Below the pieces are notes generated by a model. That model had not been told where the DNA came from. It saw only the letters and a list, made by a program, of their open reading frames with translations, and searched no databases. Source: an uncultured bacterium (lineage in GTDB: Bacteria; Patescibacteriota; Saccharimonadia; UBA4664; SCTI01). Taken from it: DNA of 37,942 nucleotides. Position numbers and translations under genes: made by a program. This document shows, in pieces, positions 23,302 to 31,422 of the stretch; position 1 is the first letter of the stretch; each line of letters starts with the position of its first letter. The stretch spans positions 1 through 37,942 of the forward strand of contig CAVRJJ010000005.1 of assembly GCA_963721685.1 (NCBI GenBank), given 5' to 3'.

Positions 23302-25977
23302 CTAGGGCATTTTGCGCCACGCGAAATAGGCCAGAAAGCTCGCCGCTCCAACCGCGGCAACCAAAACCAGCACTGTACTTGGCCGCGGCCAGCCCCCAGC
23401 TTGTCGCTTGATTGCGCGGGAAGGCTGATTGCGGCTTTGAAGCAACCTACTTGTCGCGCTTTTAGATGAAGGCTCGCTATAAGCAACCCCTAAGCTATTA
23501 GCACTGGCAGTCTGATTTTTTACCGTTGAGAGGCTTGCGCTCGAGGCCGAGTCGACACTGCCATGACTTTCCTCCTTCGGCGACGGCAAGCGATATTCTT
23601 CGACAGGTCCAGTCCGGACGAGCTTGCCATCGGACCCCTTATAGGAATAATGATGGGCACTGCCCCCGGCAATCATAGCGACATTACTCATTGCAGTGGA
23701 GGCAAGTTCCGTCATATCAAAACCAAATTCATCCTCGGGATCCAAAATGGCAGTGCCTACTCGATACGTCCCTGGCGCTGTCCCCTTCACGGTAATCGCA
23801 TAATCATCATCCTGGCTGGCAGGAATAATCGCCATCTGGGGCCGTACCGATGGTCCCGAGTAATAGGCTCCTGGTATTTCTAACTTCGTTTCATTAATAG
23901 TCTGGCCGTCTTTAGCTATAATCTCGAGCGCTACCGGTCCAGCAGCGTAGACGGTTAAAAAACGTTGTGGCGGCCACATCGGAACAGATACATTTGGTAC
24001 ATATTCGCCCATGAACGTTTGCAGTACAAACGGTGCCGCCGCCGAAACCAGCTGGACGTGGTTAGCCTCAAGCAACAAACTGCTTTTTGCCACGGCCTCG
24101 AGACTAGACAATAAAACCGTGTTATCCCCCTTCCCCGATACGGATGCCAAAACGTTTCCATGCGGCCAGAGGGTAGCAGCAATAGCTTCGCTTGTGACGG
24201 TGAGCGCCTCTAGGGTAGCGTGCTTGAGCGACCCCACAACGTAAAGCGCCACCCGCTGCTTCAACCGCGTAATTTCGGCAGGTTGGTTCAGCTGTTCCAG
24301 GAAGGAATTCGTAGGGTACCCCTCGGGATAATGTCTTCCTGAAAGGTAATTAAAGATTGGCAGCAGCTGCTTAATGGATGGAACCGCCTTGCGCAGCTCC
24401 TCTGCTCTCGGTTCGGCAATAGCCGGGTCCGTGAGTGCAAGCGCTGCGATATTAAGCAATTGACTGGTTGAATTGGGCTTAAGAGCCTTAACGCTGCCTC
24501 CCTCCCATACCTCGTAGGCGGCTACGGATCCCGCGTTGGGTGTGCCAAGCTGAATGAGGTTGCGTATATCATTCTGGTACGCGGGGCTGGCGATATAGCT
24601 CCGCGCGATTAGTCCGCCCATAGAGTGCGCTACCACATCTACTTGGCTGCATTTACATAGCTGCCGGATATCAAACAATTTCTGAAGGAGCTGCGATGCC
24701 GTTACGGCATTATCCTGCATCCAATTGTAGGGAAAGACAAATAAACTTTTGTCCGGCACGTAACCGTTATCCTGAAAAGCCTGAAGAAGACCATCATAGC
24801 TGTGTGAGATTGGGTCCAGCACCAGCGGGGTTTGGTAGGAGCGGTCCCAGTAACCGGTAAACACATGCGGAAAATAGGCCGCCAAGCTTGCCGTAGTTGG
24901 CAAAGACCCAAGTATCCCCGGAATAATGAGAGCCGGCCGATGCACTCGGGGCTGGTTAAGCGAGAGGATGTCATTTACCCATAAGCCATTCTCACCCGCG
25001 GCCCAAATCTGGTTACCTGAACTTGCCACCGAAGCTATTTTTGCATTTAAAATACTGCGTGAGGCGCTGCCGTCGTACTGCACCAAAAAGCGGTAAGGAA
25101 AACTAATGCTCCAAGCGCCGAAGAATGCCTGGTTGCCGCTCGCTGCCAGCCCGCTTAAATGCATATCCTGGCCATAGTAGGTTTCGTTGATATTGGCAGG
25201 GCCGGCCAATCGGTTCCAACTAATGCCGTCGTCATGGGACCGGAAGAGGCCGTCCGGTGAAATTTGCCAAATATAGTCCCCTTCAGCGACCATCCCTACC
25301 GTAAAGTATCCGGCGCCGCCCCCTCCTCCCGACCACGTTCTTCCTTGATCGTTCGATTGATACACTCCTCCCGCGGCACCGACATATAACTTCCGCCGCC
25401 CGTAATCGTAATCCAGGGCCGCGGTATTATCACTCGGCAGGCCCATATCCTCTGCCTCACCGCTAGCCGCAACCCGCCAGACGCGGACGGGTGTGCTAGC
25501 GCCGTCATACATCGCGGCGAAGACGTACTCATCTGTTGTTTGAAGCGCGGTAACGAGCTTCCGATGGGTAGTAGAAGGACCAAACCGTTGCCAACTCATG
25601 CCGCCGTTATCGCTGACAAACAAGCCGCTCCCATTAGTGCCCGCATATATTCGGCCGGAATAAACTAGATCGTAAGAAACCGTGCTGGCCGGAACCGACA
25701 ATAAGCCGGGCACCCAGGTTCTTCCACCGTCATGGGAAAAATGTAGAACACCTTGGGCAATAGCCGCGATTTCCTGCGGACTTCGCTGATTTACCACCAC
25801 GGCACTTACGGAAGTATTGGGAAATGCCGCCAACTGCCATTCCGCTGCCCAGCCCGTGGTGCTCCAAAGCAGCCCCCCGGTTATTATCAGTAGCACCTTA
25901 AGTAAACCGGCAGAACAAAAAGTCACCCTACAATCTCCTGGCAGCCACGCTTCCCCCATATCTGTTATACCTTTCAA
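23302..25977 (-). CDS. large exported protein: BNR/Asp-box beta-propeller-like N-domain fused to an alpha/beta-hydrolase (lipase GxSxG) domain, with a C-terminal membrane anchor
   Basis: 891 aa. It has an N-terminal signal or anchor and four Asp-box-like motifs (SHDGGRTW, SDNGGMSW, SNDQGRTW, SHDDGISW). A lipase-type nucleophile elbow VDVVAHSMGGLIARSY follows. The C-terminus is a hydrophobic stretch, VLVLVAAVGAASFLAYFAW. Confidence 0.7.
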   Translation of the reverse strand: MKGITDMGEAWLPGDCRVTFCSAGLLKVLLIITGGLLWSTTGWAAEWQLAAFPNTSVSAVVVNQRSPQEIAAIAQGVLHFSHDGGRTWVPGLLSVPASTVSYDLVYSGRIYAGTNGSGLFVSDNGGMSWQRFGPSTTHRKLVTALQTTDEYVFAAMYDGASTPVRVWRVAASGEAEDMGLPSDNTAALDYDYGRRKLYVGAAGGVYQSNDQGRTWSGGGGGAGYFTVGMVAEGDYIWQISPDGLFRSHDDGISWNRLAGPANINETYYGQDMHLSGLAASGNQAFFGAWSISFPYRFLVQYDGSASRSILNAKIASVASSGNQIWAAGENGLWVNDILSLNQPRVHRPALIIPGILGSLPTTASLAAYFPHVFTGYWDRSYQTPLVLDPISHSYDGLLQAFQDNGYVPDKSLFVFPYNWMQDNAVTASQLLQKLFDIRQLCKCSQVDVVAHSMGGLIARSYIASPAYQNDIRNLIQLGTPNAGSVAAYEVWEGGSVKALKPNSTSQLLNIAALALTDPAIAEPRAEELRKAVPSIKQLLPIFNYLSGRHYPEGYPTNSFLEQLNQPAEITRLKQRVALYVVGSLKHATLEALTVTSEAIAATLWPHGNVLASVSGKGDNTVLLSSLEAVAKSSLLLEANHVQLVSAAAPFVLQTFMGEYVPNVSVPMWPPQRFLTVYAAGPVALEIIAKDGQTINETKLEIPGAYYSGPSVRPQMAIIPASQDDDYAITVKGTAPGTYRVGTAILDPEDEFGFDMTELASTAMSNVAMIAGGSAHHYSYKGSDGKLVRTGPVEEYRLPSPKEESHGSVDSASSASLSTVKNQTASANSLGVAYSEPSSKSATSRLLQSRNQPSRAIKRQAGGWPRPSTVLVLVAAVGAASFLAYFAWRKMP

Positions 25978-26007
25978 GAATTAAATATTTCTTGTGGTTA
26001 CTACCGC

Positions 26008-26036
26008 TTGACAGTTCGGTTTTTGTTCGGTATATT
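26008..26036 (+). promoter_or_regulatory. sigma-70-type promoter (TTGACA, 17-nt spacer, TATATT)
   Basis: TTGACA at 26008..26013 and TATATT at 26031..26036 have an exact 17-nt spacer. They lie about 30 nt upstream of the AAGGAG RBS and ATG of the next gene. Confidence 0.55.
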
Positions 26037-26067
26037 CAACGTAAGGGATGCTTCTAAAGGAGTAAAG

Positions 26068-26487
26068 ATGGTAAAATCATCATCAATCAAGCACCTGCGG
26101 GTTTACCAGACCAGCCTGCAGCTGGAGGATATAATTCACGAGCTGGTGAAAAAATTACCGGAAAATGAGGTTTACTTCCTAGGTAATGAGCTTCGGCGCA
26201 GCAGCACTGCAATTTCCCACCATCTCTACGCGTTTTATCGGCATCATAATTATCGGCTACGGCTCCAAGCGCTCCATTTAGCACGGAAGGAGGCCGAGGG
26301 CCTCCAAAAACTACTTCTCACCTACCAAAAAGCCGGCTACGGCCCAATTAGTCATATCGATGGATTTTGCGTAAGCGTAATAAAACAGTGCTGGGGTCTT
26401 ATTAAGTACTACAAGCAACAAGAGTCAACCCAGCACGCTCGAGCCTCCATTAGGGCGAGCGATGAGCTGGTAGCTGCCCGCGCGTAG
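26068..26487 (+). CDS. four-helix-bundle protein (23S rRNA intervening-sequence protein family)
   Basis: From the ATG at 26068 (AAGGAG RBS): LRVYQTSLQLEDIIHELVKKLPENEVYFLGNELRRSSTAISHHL ... LHLARKEAEGLQKLL. This fits the family pattern, from memory. Confidence 0.6.
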   Translation: MVKSSSIKHLRVYQTSLQLEDIIHELVKKLPENEVYFLGNELRRSSTAISHHLYAFYRHHNYRLRLQALHLARKEAEGLQKLLLTYQKAGYGPISHIDGFCVSVIKQCWGLIKYYKQQESTQHARASIRASDELVAARA

Positions 26488-26600
26488 CGCTGGACAATGT
26501 GCGACCTGCTTATTCGGCACGATCTACGGTATCTTTCACGGTCCAGAGAGCGATTATCCCCATTTGGGGAGACTTTTCCACTCTCTTATTTTCAAGTCAT

Positions 26601-26618
26601 ATGACAACATATTGTCAT
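26601..26618. promoter_or_regulatory. NrdR-box-like palindrome upstream of nrdR
   Basis: ATGACAACATATTGTCAT is palindromic at 16 of 18 positions. Its core ACAAnATATTGT resembles the NrdR-box consensus acaCwAtATaTwGtgt. It lies about 18 nt upstream of a candidate TTTACA-17-TACTAT promoter (26636..26664). Confidence 0.4.
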
Positions 26619-26744
26619 ATATTTTAAGAAAAGTATTTACACAGAGCCGCATAAGCACTACTATTAATAAGTGGTAAGGAATGCTCTCGGAACGAAACGT
26701 TATAGGCGTTTATCGAACCGGGGGCTTTTTATTAAAAGAAGCCT

Positions 26745-27188
26745 ATGAAATGCCCCTATTGCCGAGCTGAATCAACCGATGTTTTTAACTCCCGTTCTAC
26801 CAAGTCTGGTAACCAAATCTGGAGGAGACGGCGCTGTTTGTCCTGCAGGGAGTCGTTTACTACCTATGAGGCGGCCGATCTGGGGTTTATGGCTATACGC
26901 AAACGCTTGGGCAAACCTCAGCCCTACTCCCGGGCAAAGCTCTTTAGCAGCATATACGGCGCGTTCCAGCTGGCGCCTGCTAATCAAGGCACGGTTGATG
27001 CCGTAACCGACACGGTAGAAACCAAGTTACTTGATATGAAGCAGCAGCTCGTTGATTCAAGGGATGTGGCCGAAGTAGTGCTACAAACCTTAAAGCATTT
27101 TAATACCTCGGCATTTGTGCGCTATCTGGCCAACCAAACTGACCTCATAAATGAGGCGCAGCTCCGGAAAGAGCTTAAGAAATACTAG
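26745..27188 (+). CDS. nrdR: transcriptional repressor NrdR
   Basis: MKCPYCRAESTDVFNSRSTKSGNQIWRRRRCLSCRESFTTYE is the zinc ribbon. An ATP-cone region follows. Confidence 0.92.
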   Translation: MKCPYCRAESTDVFNSRSTKSGNQIWRRRRCLSCRESFTTYEAADLGFMAIRKRLGKPQPYSRAKLFSSIYGAFQLAPANQGTVDAVTDTVETKLLDMKQQLVDSRDVAEVVLQTLKHFNTSAFVRYLANQTDLINEAQLRKELKKY

Positions 27189-27234
27189 TAACTATCCGGT
27201 TACTTATCTTACCCACAATGTGGTGGGTTAGATA

Positions 27235-27942
27235 TTAGTTCTGGGATTTGTCAGAGCGGTTTTCCGGCTCTTTGCGAGTTTGCTGGTCATGGCCGTCTTC
27301 AACAATAACTTCCTGGTCCTCGGCAACACCTTCCGGCAACTCGCCTTCAACAGCCGCGTCCAGCTCTTCCAGCTCTTCATCGGATCGTGGCGGCGTTACG
27401 GTAGCGACAAGGGTTTCCGGCGGCGTCAAAACTTCCACGTTTGAGGGAGTTTTCAGGTCGGCTACGGTAATATTCTTCTCAAAATCATCTAGCACGGAAA
27501 TATCAACTTCGATATTTTCAGGTAAATCAGCCGGTAAGGCCTCAACCTCTATGGTTTCAATTGGGCGGGTGAGTGTCCCCTCCTGTTGGTAAACGGCGGT
27601 TGACTCACCGACAATATGGATGGGAACTTCGGCCTTAATCTTCTCATCCATCCTAACCACCAGGAAATCAGCGTGAAGAATATGACCCGTCCGGCTATCC
27701 AGCTGGACATCATGAATAAGAGCATTGGTTTGCTTACCGTCATCTACCTTCAAACCGACAATCCGGTTGCCGCCGGCATGGGCATACGTCTGCTCCAGCT
27801 CTTTGGACACCACGCTCACCGCTTGGGATTTGGTTCCGTGCCCGTAAAGAACAGCCGGAGTGGTGCCGGCTTTCCGCAGACCACGGTTAGCTTTTCCCAG
27901 TACCTCACGGCTTTGCAATTTAATCGTCATTTTTTCGGCCAT
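27235..27942 (-). CDS. rplY: 50S ribosomal protein L25 / general stress protein Ctc form, with an acidic C-terminal extension
   Basis: From the ATG at 27942 (AGGAG RBS): MAEKMTIKLQSREVLGKANRGLRKAGTTPAVLYGHG..VQLDSRTGHILHADF. The acidic tail is typical of the long Ctc form. Confidence 0.88.
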   Translation of the reverse strand: MAEKMTIKLQSREVLGKANRGLRKAGTTPAVLYGHGTKSQAVSVVSKELEQTYAHAGGNRIVGLKVDDGKQTNALIHDVQLDSRTGHILHADFLVVRMDEKIKAEVPIHIVGESTAVYQQEGTLTRPIETIEVEALPADLPENIEVDISVLDDFEKNITVADLKTPSNVEVLTPPETLVATVTPPRSDEELEELDAAVEGELPEGVAEDQEVIVEDGHDQQTRKEPENRSDKSQN

Positions 27943-27978
27943 AATATCTCCTGCTTGAATCACACACGGTAACCCAAG

Positions 27979-27999
27979 AAAAAAAGCATCTCTGGATGC
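27979..27999 (-). terminator. short hairpin plus U7 tract inside the rplY leader (possible attenuator)
   Basis: The minus strand reads GCATC-CAGA-GATGC followed by TTTTTTT. It lies between the candidate promoter (28014..28042) and the rplY start codon, ending 37 nt upstream of the ATG. The stem has only 5 bp. Confidence 0.35.
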
Positions 28000-28013
28000 G
28001 TTACGTAAGAGCT

Positions 28014-28042
28014 ACTATACCTCAGGTTTACCAGATGAGCAA
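28014..28042 (-). promoter_or_regulatory. candidate rplY promoter (TTGCTC, 17-nt spacer, TATAGT)
   Basis: On the minus strand, TTGCTC is at 28037..28042 and TATAGT at 28014..28019, with a 17-nt spacer. Confidence 0.4.
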
Positions 28043-28057
28043 GTTGAACCGATAGCA

Positions 28058-28153
28058 CCAATACGTTCTTCCCTTGTCTACACATATCGTCTGATACCAT
28101 CCTGATCGGATAATATCAGAATGCATAGTAGTCAAATAGAGAAGAAGGATTGG
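28058..28153. ncRNA. conserved multi-helix element, copy 1 (unassigned family; strand undetermined)
   Basis: Shares the invariant blocks ACACATATCGTCTGA (28080..28094) and TCAGAATGCATAGT (28116..28129) with the copy at 31866..31948. Its nested helices are CCAAT/ATTGG, TTCTTC/GAAGAA, TTGTCTAC/GTAGTCAA and TCTGATA/TATCAGA. Confidence 0.55.
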
Positions 28154-28278
28154 TACCATAAGTAGTTAACACGGTTGGCGCGCCGTGGTAGAACTTTTAT
28201 GGCATGTCGTCACCCGGCGTAAGCCATGGTGACCATGCTCAGAAAAGTTGCTCTCCGGTAAGCCTACCCATCAACAGC

Positions 28279-28608
28279 TTAACGCTTTTTGCTAAACCCG
28301 GTTCGCTTACGGCTGATATAGCGGTGGAATTCGGCAATCTCATCGGCTGAAATGGAGCCCATGGAGGCAAACTTAGCCTCTTCGGCTGAGCGGAGGTCGG
28401 TTTTCGAGCGCTTGGCGGTTTTACCACTGGTGGCAACGGTGGCTAAAACCGGCAGCGAACATTCATGACAGTTAAGCTGGACAAAGCAGTATTGGTTCAA
28501 TTCACCCAGGTAGCGGATATCATCAAGGAAATAGCTGGTATCGCAGGAGGGGCACTTATAAAATTCCTGCAGGTTATTGATAATGTCCTGCAAATGCCTT
28601 CGACTCAT
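28279..28608 (-). CDS. hypothetical zinc-ribbon protein
   Basis: From the ATG at 28608: MSRRHLQDIINNLQEFYKCPSCDTSYF...LNCHECSLPV (CxxC...CxxC), with a basic C-terminal tail. The longer track start (28698) overlaps the upstream gene. Confidence 0.5.
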   Translation of the reverse strand: MSRRHLQDIINNLQEFYKCPSCDTSYFLDDIRYLGELNQYCFVQLNCHECSLPVLATVATSGKTAKRSKTDLRSAEEAKFASMGSISADEIAEFHRYISRKRTGFSKKR

Positions 28609-28675
28609 AAGTATCCCCTTCGTTACCCTCCTATTATATCTGGTGTACGAGCGGTTTGGCAATCGCTTGTTCAGC

Positions 28676-29722
28676 TTAAACAGCGCGATGGCGGCCAATA
28701 CGAATCAGGCTGGCAATTAAGACCACCATTGTAGCGAGCAGTACAATCAACGCCACCAGTTTGGTGAAGCTTTGGGCCTGGAGCGCGATTACCCCAAAGG
28801 TAACCGCTAGCAGATAGAGCGATAAGACTGCGCTGCGCTGGGAAAAACCAGCCTTAAGCAATAAATGATGCAAATGCTCCCGGTCGGAAGTGAAGGGGTG
28901 TACCCGGCGCCGCAATCGGCGGACAACCGCCCACATGGCGTCAATGATGGTAAATCCTAATACCAAAGAAAGCGTTGCTAATTTTCCACCTGAATATATG
29001 GCCAGCATCGCCAGGGTCATGCCCAGGAAATACGCCCCGCTATCCCCCATGAAAATTTTCGCCGGAAAGAAGTTGAATGGCAGAAATCCTAACGCCGAAC
29101 CAGCCAAAATAATCGCCAGAAGGGCCACCAGGGGCTGGTCTACTTGAAGGGCCAGTGTGAAGAGAATAAGGGCCGCAATGGCGGAAACACCTCCCGCCAG
29201 CCCGTCCAGTCCATCGAGAAAGTTAACGGTGTTAACCATGCCGACCATCCATAAAATACTTAAGGCATTGGCAATCGGGGTTATATGAAAATGAATACTC
29301 CCCCAGTCAACCGCGAACCGCCCGGCTGTGAGGTCAATAACTCCGCCAAACGGGTTGGTAATTGAAACAATGCCAATGCCGCCGGCTAAAACCACCCCAG
29401 CGGCCAATACCTGCCAAACGAGCCGCGTCCGCGCCTTCAACCCCCTTACATCATCAATAGCTCCCAGTACCGCCAGTATAGTCCCCCCAAGCAATAAGGC
29501 GGCCAGCTGGCGGCTCATAGGCATCAAAGAAAGCGTGGCTACTACAAAGCTGGCAAAGATGGCGAGGCCGCCTAAATAAGGGATGATCCGATTATCCAAG
29601 GCATGGGATTTAATGCCCGCCGGCTGCGCCACAATTTGGTAGCGCAATGCCAGCGTACGTACTAGCGGGGTTAGGAGCAATGCCAAACCAAAACTTAAAA
29701 CAAAAGCTACAAGGTAATTCAT
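28676..29722 (-). CDS. polyprenyl-phosphate N-acetylhexosamine-1-phosphate transferase (MraY/WecA/TagO family)
   Basis: 348 aa, polytopic. The motifs IDDVRGL, NTVNFLDGLDGLAGG and FMGDSGAYFLG are characteristic of this family. Confidence 0.85.
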   Translation of the reverse strand: MNYLVAFVLSFGLALLLTPLVRTLALRYQIVAQPAGIKSHALDNRIIPYLGGLAIFASFVVATLSLMPMSRQLAALLLGGTILAVLGAIDDVRGLKARTRLVWQVLAAGVVLAGGIGIVSITNPFGGVIDLTAGRFAVDWGSIHFHITPIANALSILWMVGMVNTVNFLDGLDGLAGGVSAIAALILFTLALQVDQPLVALLAIILAGSALGFLPFNFFPAKIFMGDSGAYFLGMTLAMLAIYSGGKLATLSLVLGFTIIDAMWAVVRRLRRRVHPFTSDREHLHHLLLKAGFSQRSAVLSLYLLAVTFGVIALQAQSFTKLVALIVLLATMVVLIASLIRIGRHRAV

Positions 29723-31422
29723 GAGCGGCGGGATTTGGCGGTAACATTAAAGCCAAGATAACGGCCCAGCATCAAGCGGGTCTGAGAATCAATCGCGGCC
29801 AATGCGTTAAACACAATGCCGGTAACCGGAAACAGCACCCATTGGGCAACCATCGCGAGACTGCGGCGGTGTCCGTAGCGGGACGGGCGGGGCGGCAGCG
29901 AAATAATACTAATCGATGCCATTACAAATAACCCGATAAGGGCAATGCTTTGAAGATGACTGGCAATTACCGGCAGCTCATGGGCCAATCCGTACTGGCT
30001 GAATTGGGGGTTCAGGAATAAGGGTAGCCATGCTACAAAAGTGATTAAAAGGACGGCAGTGGCCCAACTGACATGCCCTTCCAAAAGACGCCCCGTCTGG
30101 ACCAGCTTACTTCCCAGCGGAATCTTATTGTTACGGATGCAATTACGCACCACGTAACTAAAGTCGGATATGCCGTAAGCCCAGCGGCGCAACTGGATAT
30201 ATTGTGCCTTAAAGGTTTTAAAGTAGGTTTCCGCTAACACCGCGTCCTGGTAAATCGGGATATACAATGGAACCACCGCGTAATCACCGTTAAAAATAAA
30301 GTAACTGCGCCAAAACTGGTGGCCATCTTCAACCGGTGAAGTAACACTCCAGTAATCCGTTTCAATTAAAGCCCGAAGCGGTTGGGCGTGGGAGGAAAAA
30401 TTACGCAGCCGATGTGGGCGCATCATTTCCATTATCTGGAAGAATGAATTACCAGCGGCAATCACCCGCATCGGCGCCGGCGCATCCCAAATATTATTTA
30501 AAAACATAGGAATGGGCTGGTACGACTTATGAATACGGTTAGGGTCCAGCGCGTAGACGTAGGTGAGGTAAGAAAAATACTGGGTATCAGGCTTGTTATC
30601 AGCATCTAGAGTGGTCACCACAACCTGTTCGGGATCCATCCCATTTTTAATAATTTCCCGGGTCGCTTCCCGCGCAGCAAAGGTTATATTGGCGCCTTTG
30701 CCGCGCATTTCTCCGGGCAGGTTGTCGGGATGCATAATAGCGGCGGCATACCCGAAACGGCTGCCGTAAGACGCGATAAGGTCTTTCGCGGTTTGCTTCA
30801 CCTCGCCCCCCCCGCGCTCCTCATAAGCAATAACAACCATGATCCGCTCTGGCGGATAATCGGCTTCAAGTAATGCCTTAACCGTCGGCTCCAGTACCGT
30901 CCGCGATTCATTGTAGGTAGCGATAATTACCAAATGATGTATGTTATGGGGCAGCATGATTGCCGTTTGGTGCGCCTCGATCTCCTTTAATGTTGCCAGG
31001 TCGGAAAGCGCGTTCCGATAGATTGTACGCTGCTTAGCGCTGGACCTGCTCCAAAAAAAGCGGCGTTGGACCCGCGGATAACGGCGCAGCAAATCCTGAA
31101 TACGCCGGTCGGTGCTTTTAATTTGTTTTTGCGGGTCTTCGAGCCAGTTCAGACGCTCGCGCCAATTAACCGCCTGGTGGTGGCGCAAGCGGCGGAAACC
31201 CCGCACAAGATACGTGCTCATCCGCAAAGCTTTCATTAGCCAGTAAAGGTCGAAAGCGATAATAAAGTAGGAAATGTACACCGGTAGAAAGAAGCTTAAA
31301 ACAATTGGCCCCACCAGCAACGTCCAGGTAAGTAAGCCGGGAATAATTTCCAGTACCCGTATAAACCACCATTGGTCGGTTAAATATTTATACTTGGTTT
31401 TGGTCTGGACGGATTCGCTCAT
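29719..31422 (-). CDS. membrane-embedded family-2 glycosyltransferase (processive synthase-like)
   Basis: From the ATG at 31422, which forms an ATGA overlap with the upstream stop. It has N- and C-terminal TM helices, VIIATYNES, TLDADNKPD and a QLRRWAYG (QxxRW) motif. Confidence 0.8.
   Translation of the reverse strand: MSESVQTKTKYKYLTDQWWFIRVLEIIPGLLTWTLLVGPIVLSFFLPVYISYFIIAFDLYWLMKALRMSTYLVRGFRRLRHHQAVNWRERLNWLEDPQKQIKSTDRRIQDLLRRYPRVQRRFFWSRSSAKQRTIYRNALSDLATLKEIEAHQTAIMLPHNIHHLVIIATYNESRTVLEPTVKALLEADYPPERIMVVIAYEERGGGEVKQTAKDLIASYGSRFGYAAAIMHPDNLPGEMRGKGANITFAAREATREIIKNGMDPEQVVVTTLDADNKPDTQYFSYLTYVYALDPNRIHKSYQPIPMFLNNIWDAPAPMRVIAAGNSFFQIMEMMRPHRLRNFSSHAQPLRALIETDYWSVTSPVEDGHQFWRSYFIFNGDYAVVPLYIPIYQDAVLAETYFKTFKAQYIQLRRWAYGISDFSYVVRNCIRNNKIPLGSKLVQTGRLLEGHVSWATAVLLITFVAWLPLFLNPQFSQYGLAHELPVIASHLQSIALIGLFVMASISIISLPPRPSRYGHRRSLAMVAQWVLFPVTGIVFNALAAIDSQTRLMLGRYLGFNVTAKSRRS

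Noticed and set aside
23046-23486. ORF 23046..23486(-) as an independent 146-aa gene
   Set aside because: Its first half is an out-of-frame read-through of the 3' end of the 891-aa gene. Only the part from the ATG at 23267 (MQEKNLILAIDD..) is meaningful, as the displaced N-terminus of the ATP-grasp gene.
26655-26672. Second NrdR box (CACTACTATTAATAAGTG) to pair with the one at 26601..26618
   Set aside because: The palindrome is poor, since only the outer 4 bp and a shifted TATTAATA core pair. The centre-to-centre distance (~56 bp) does not match the usual ~31-32-bp phasing. It also overlaps the candidate -10 box.
27248-27592. Ser-rich 114-aa ORF, and similar shadow ORFs (e.g. 1305..1698, 4798..5118, 9329..9703, 10441..10668, 17179..17874, 37075..37308)
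   Set aside because: All are antisense to, or out of frame within, strongly supported genes. They have biased low-complexity composition and lack RBS-like sequences.
28200-28250. Hairpin CATG-TC-GTCACC...GGTGAC-CATG as the terminator of the zinc-ribbon gene / glycan operon
   Set aside because: No U-tract follows on the minus strand (..GACAUGCCAUAAAAG). It may still be a processing or stabilising hairpin, but I cannot support a terminator call.
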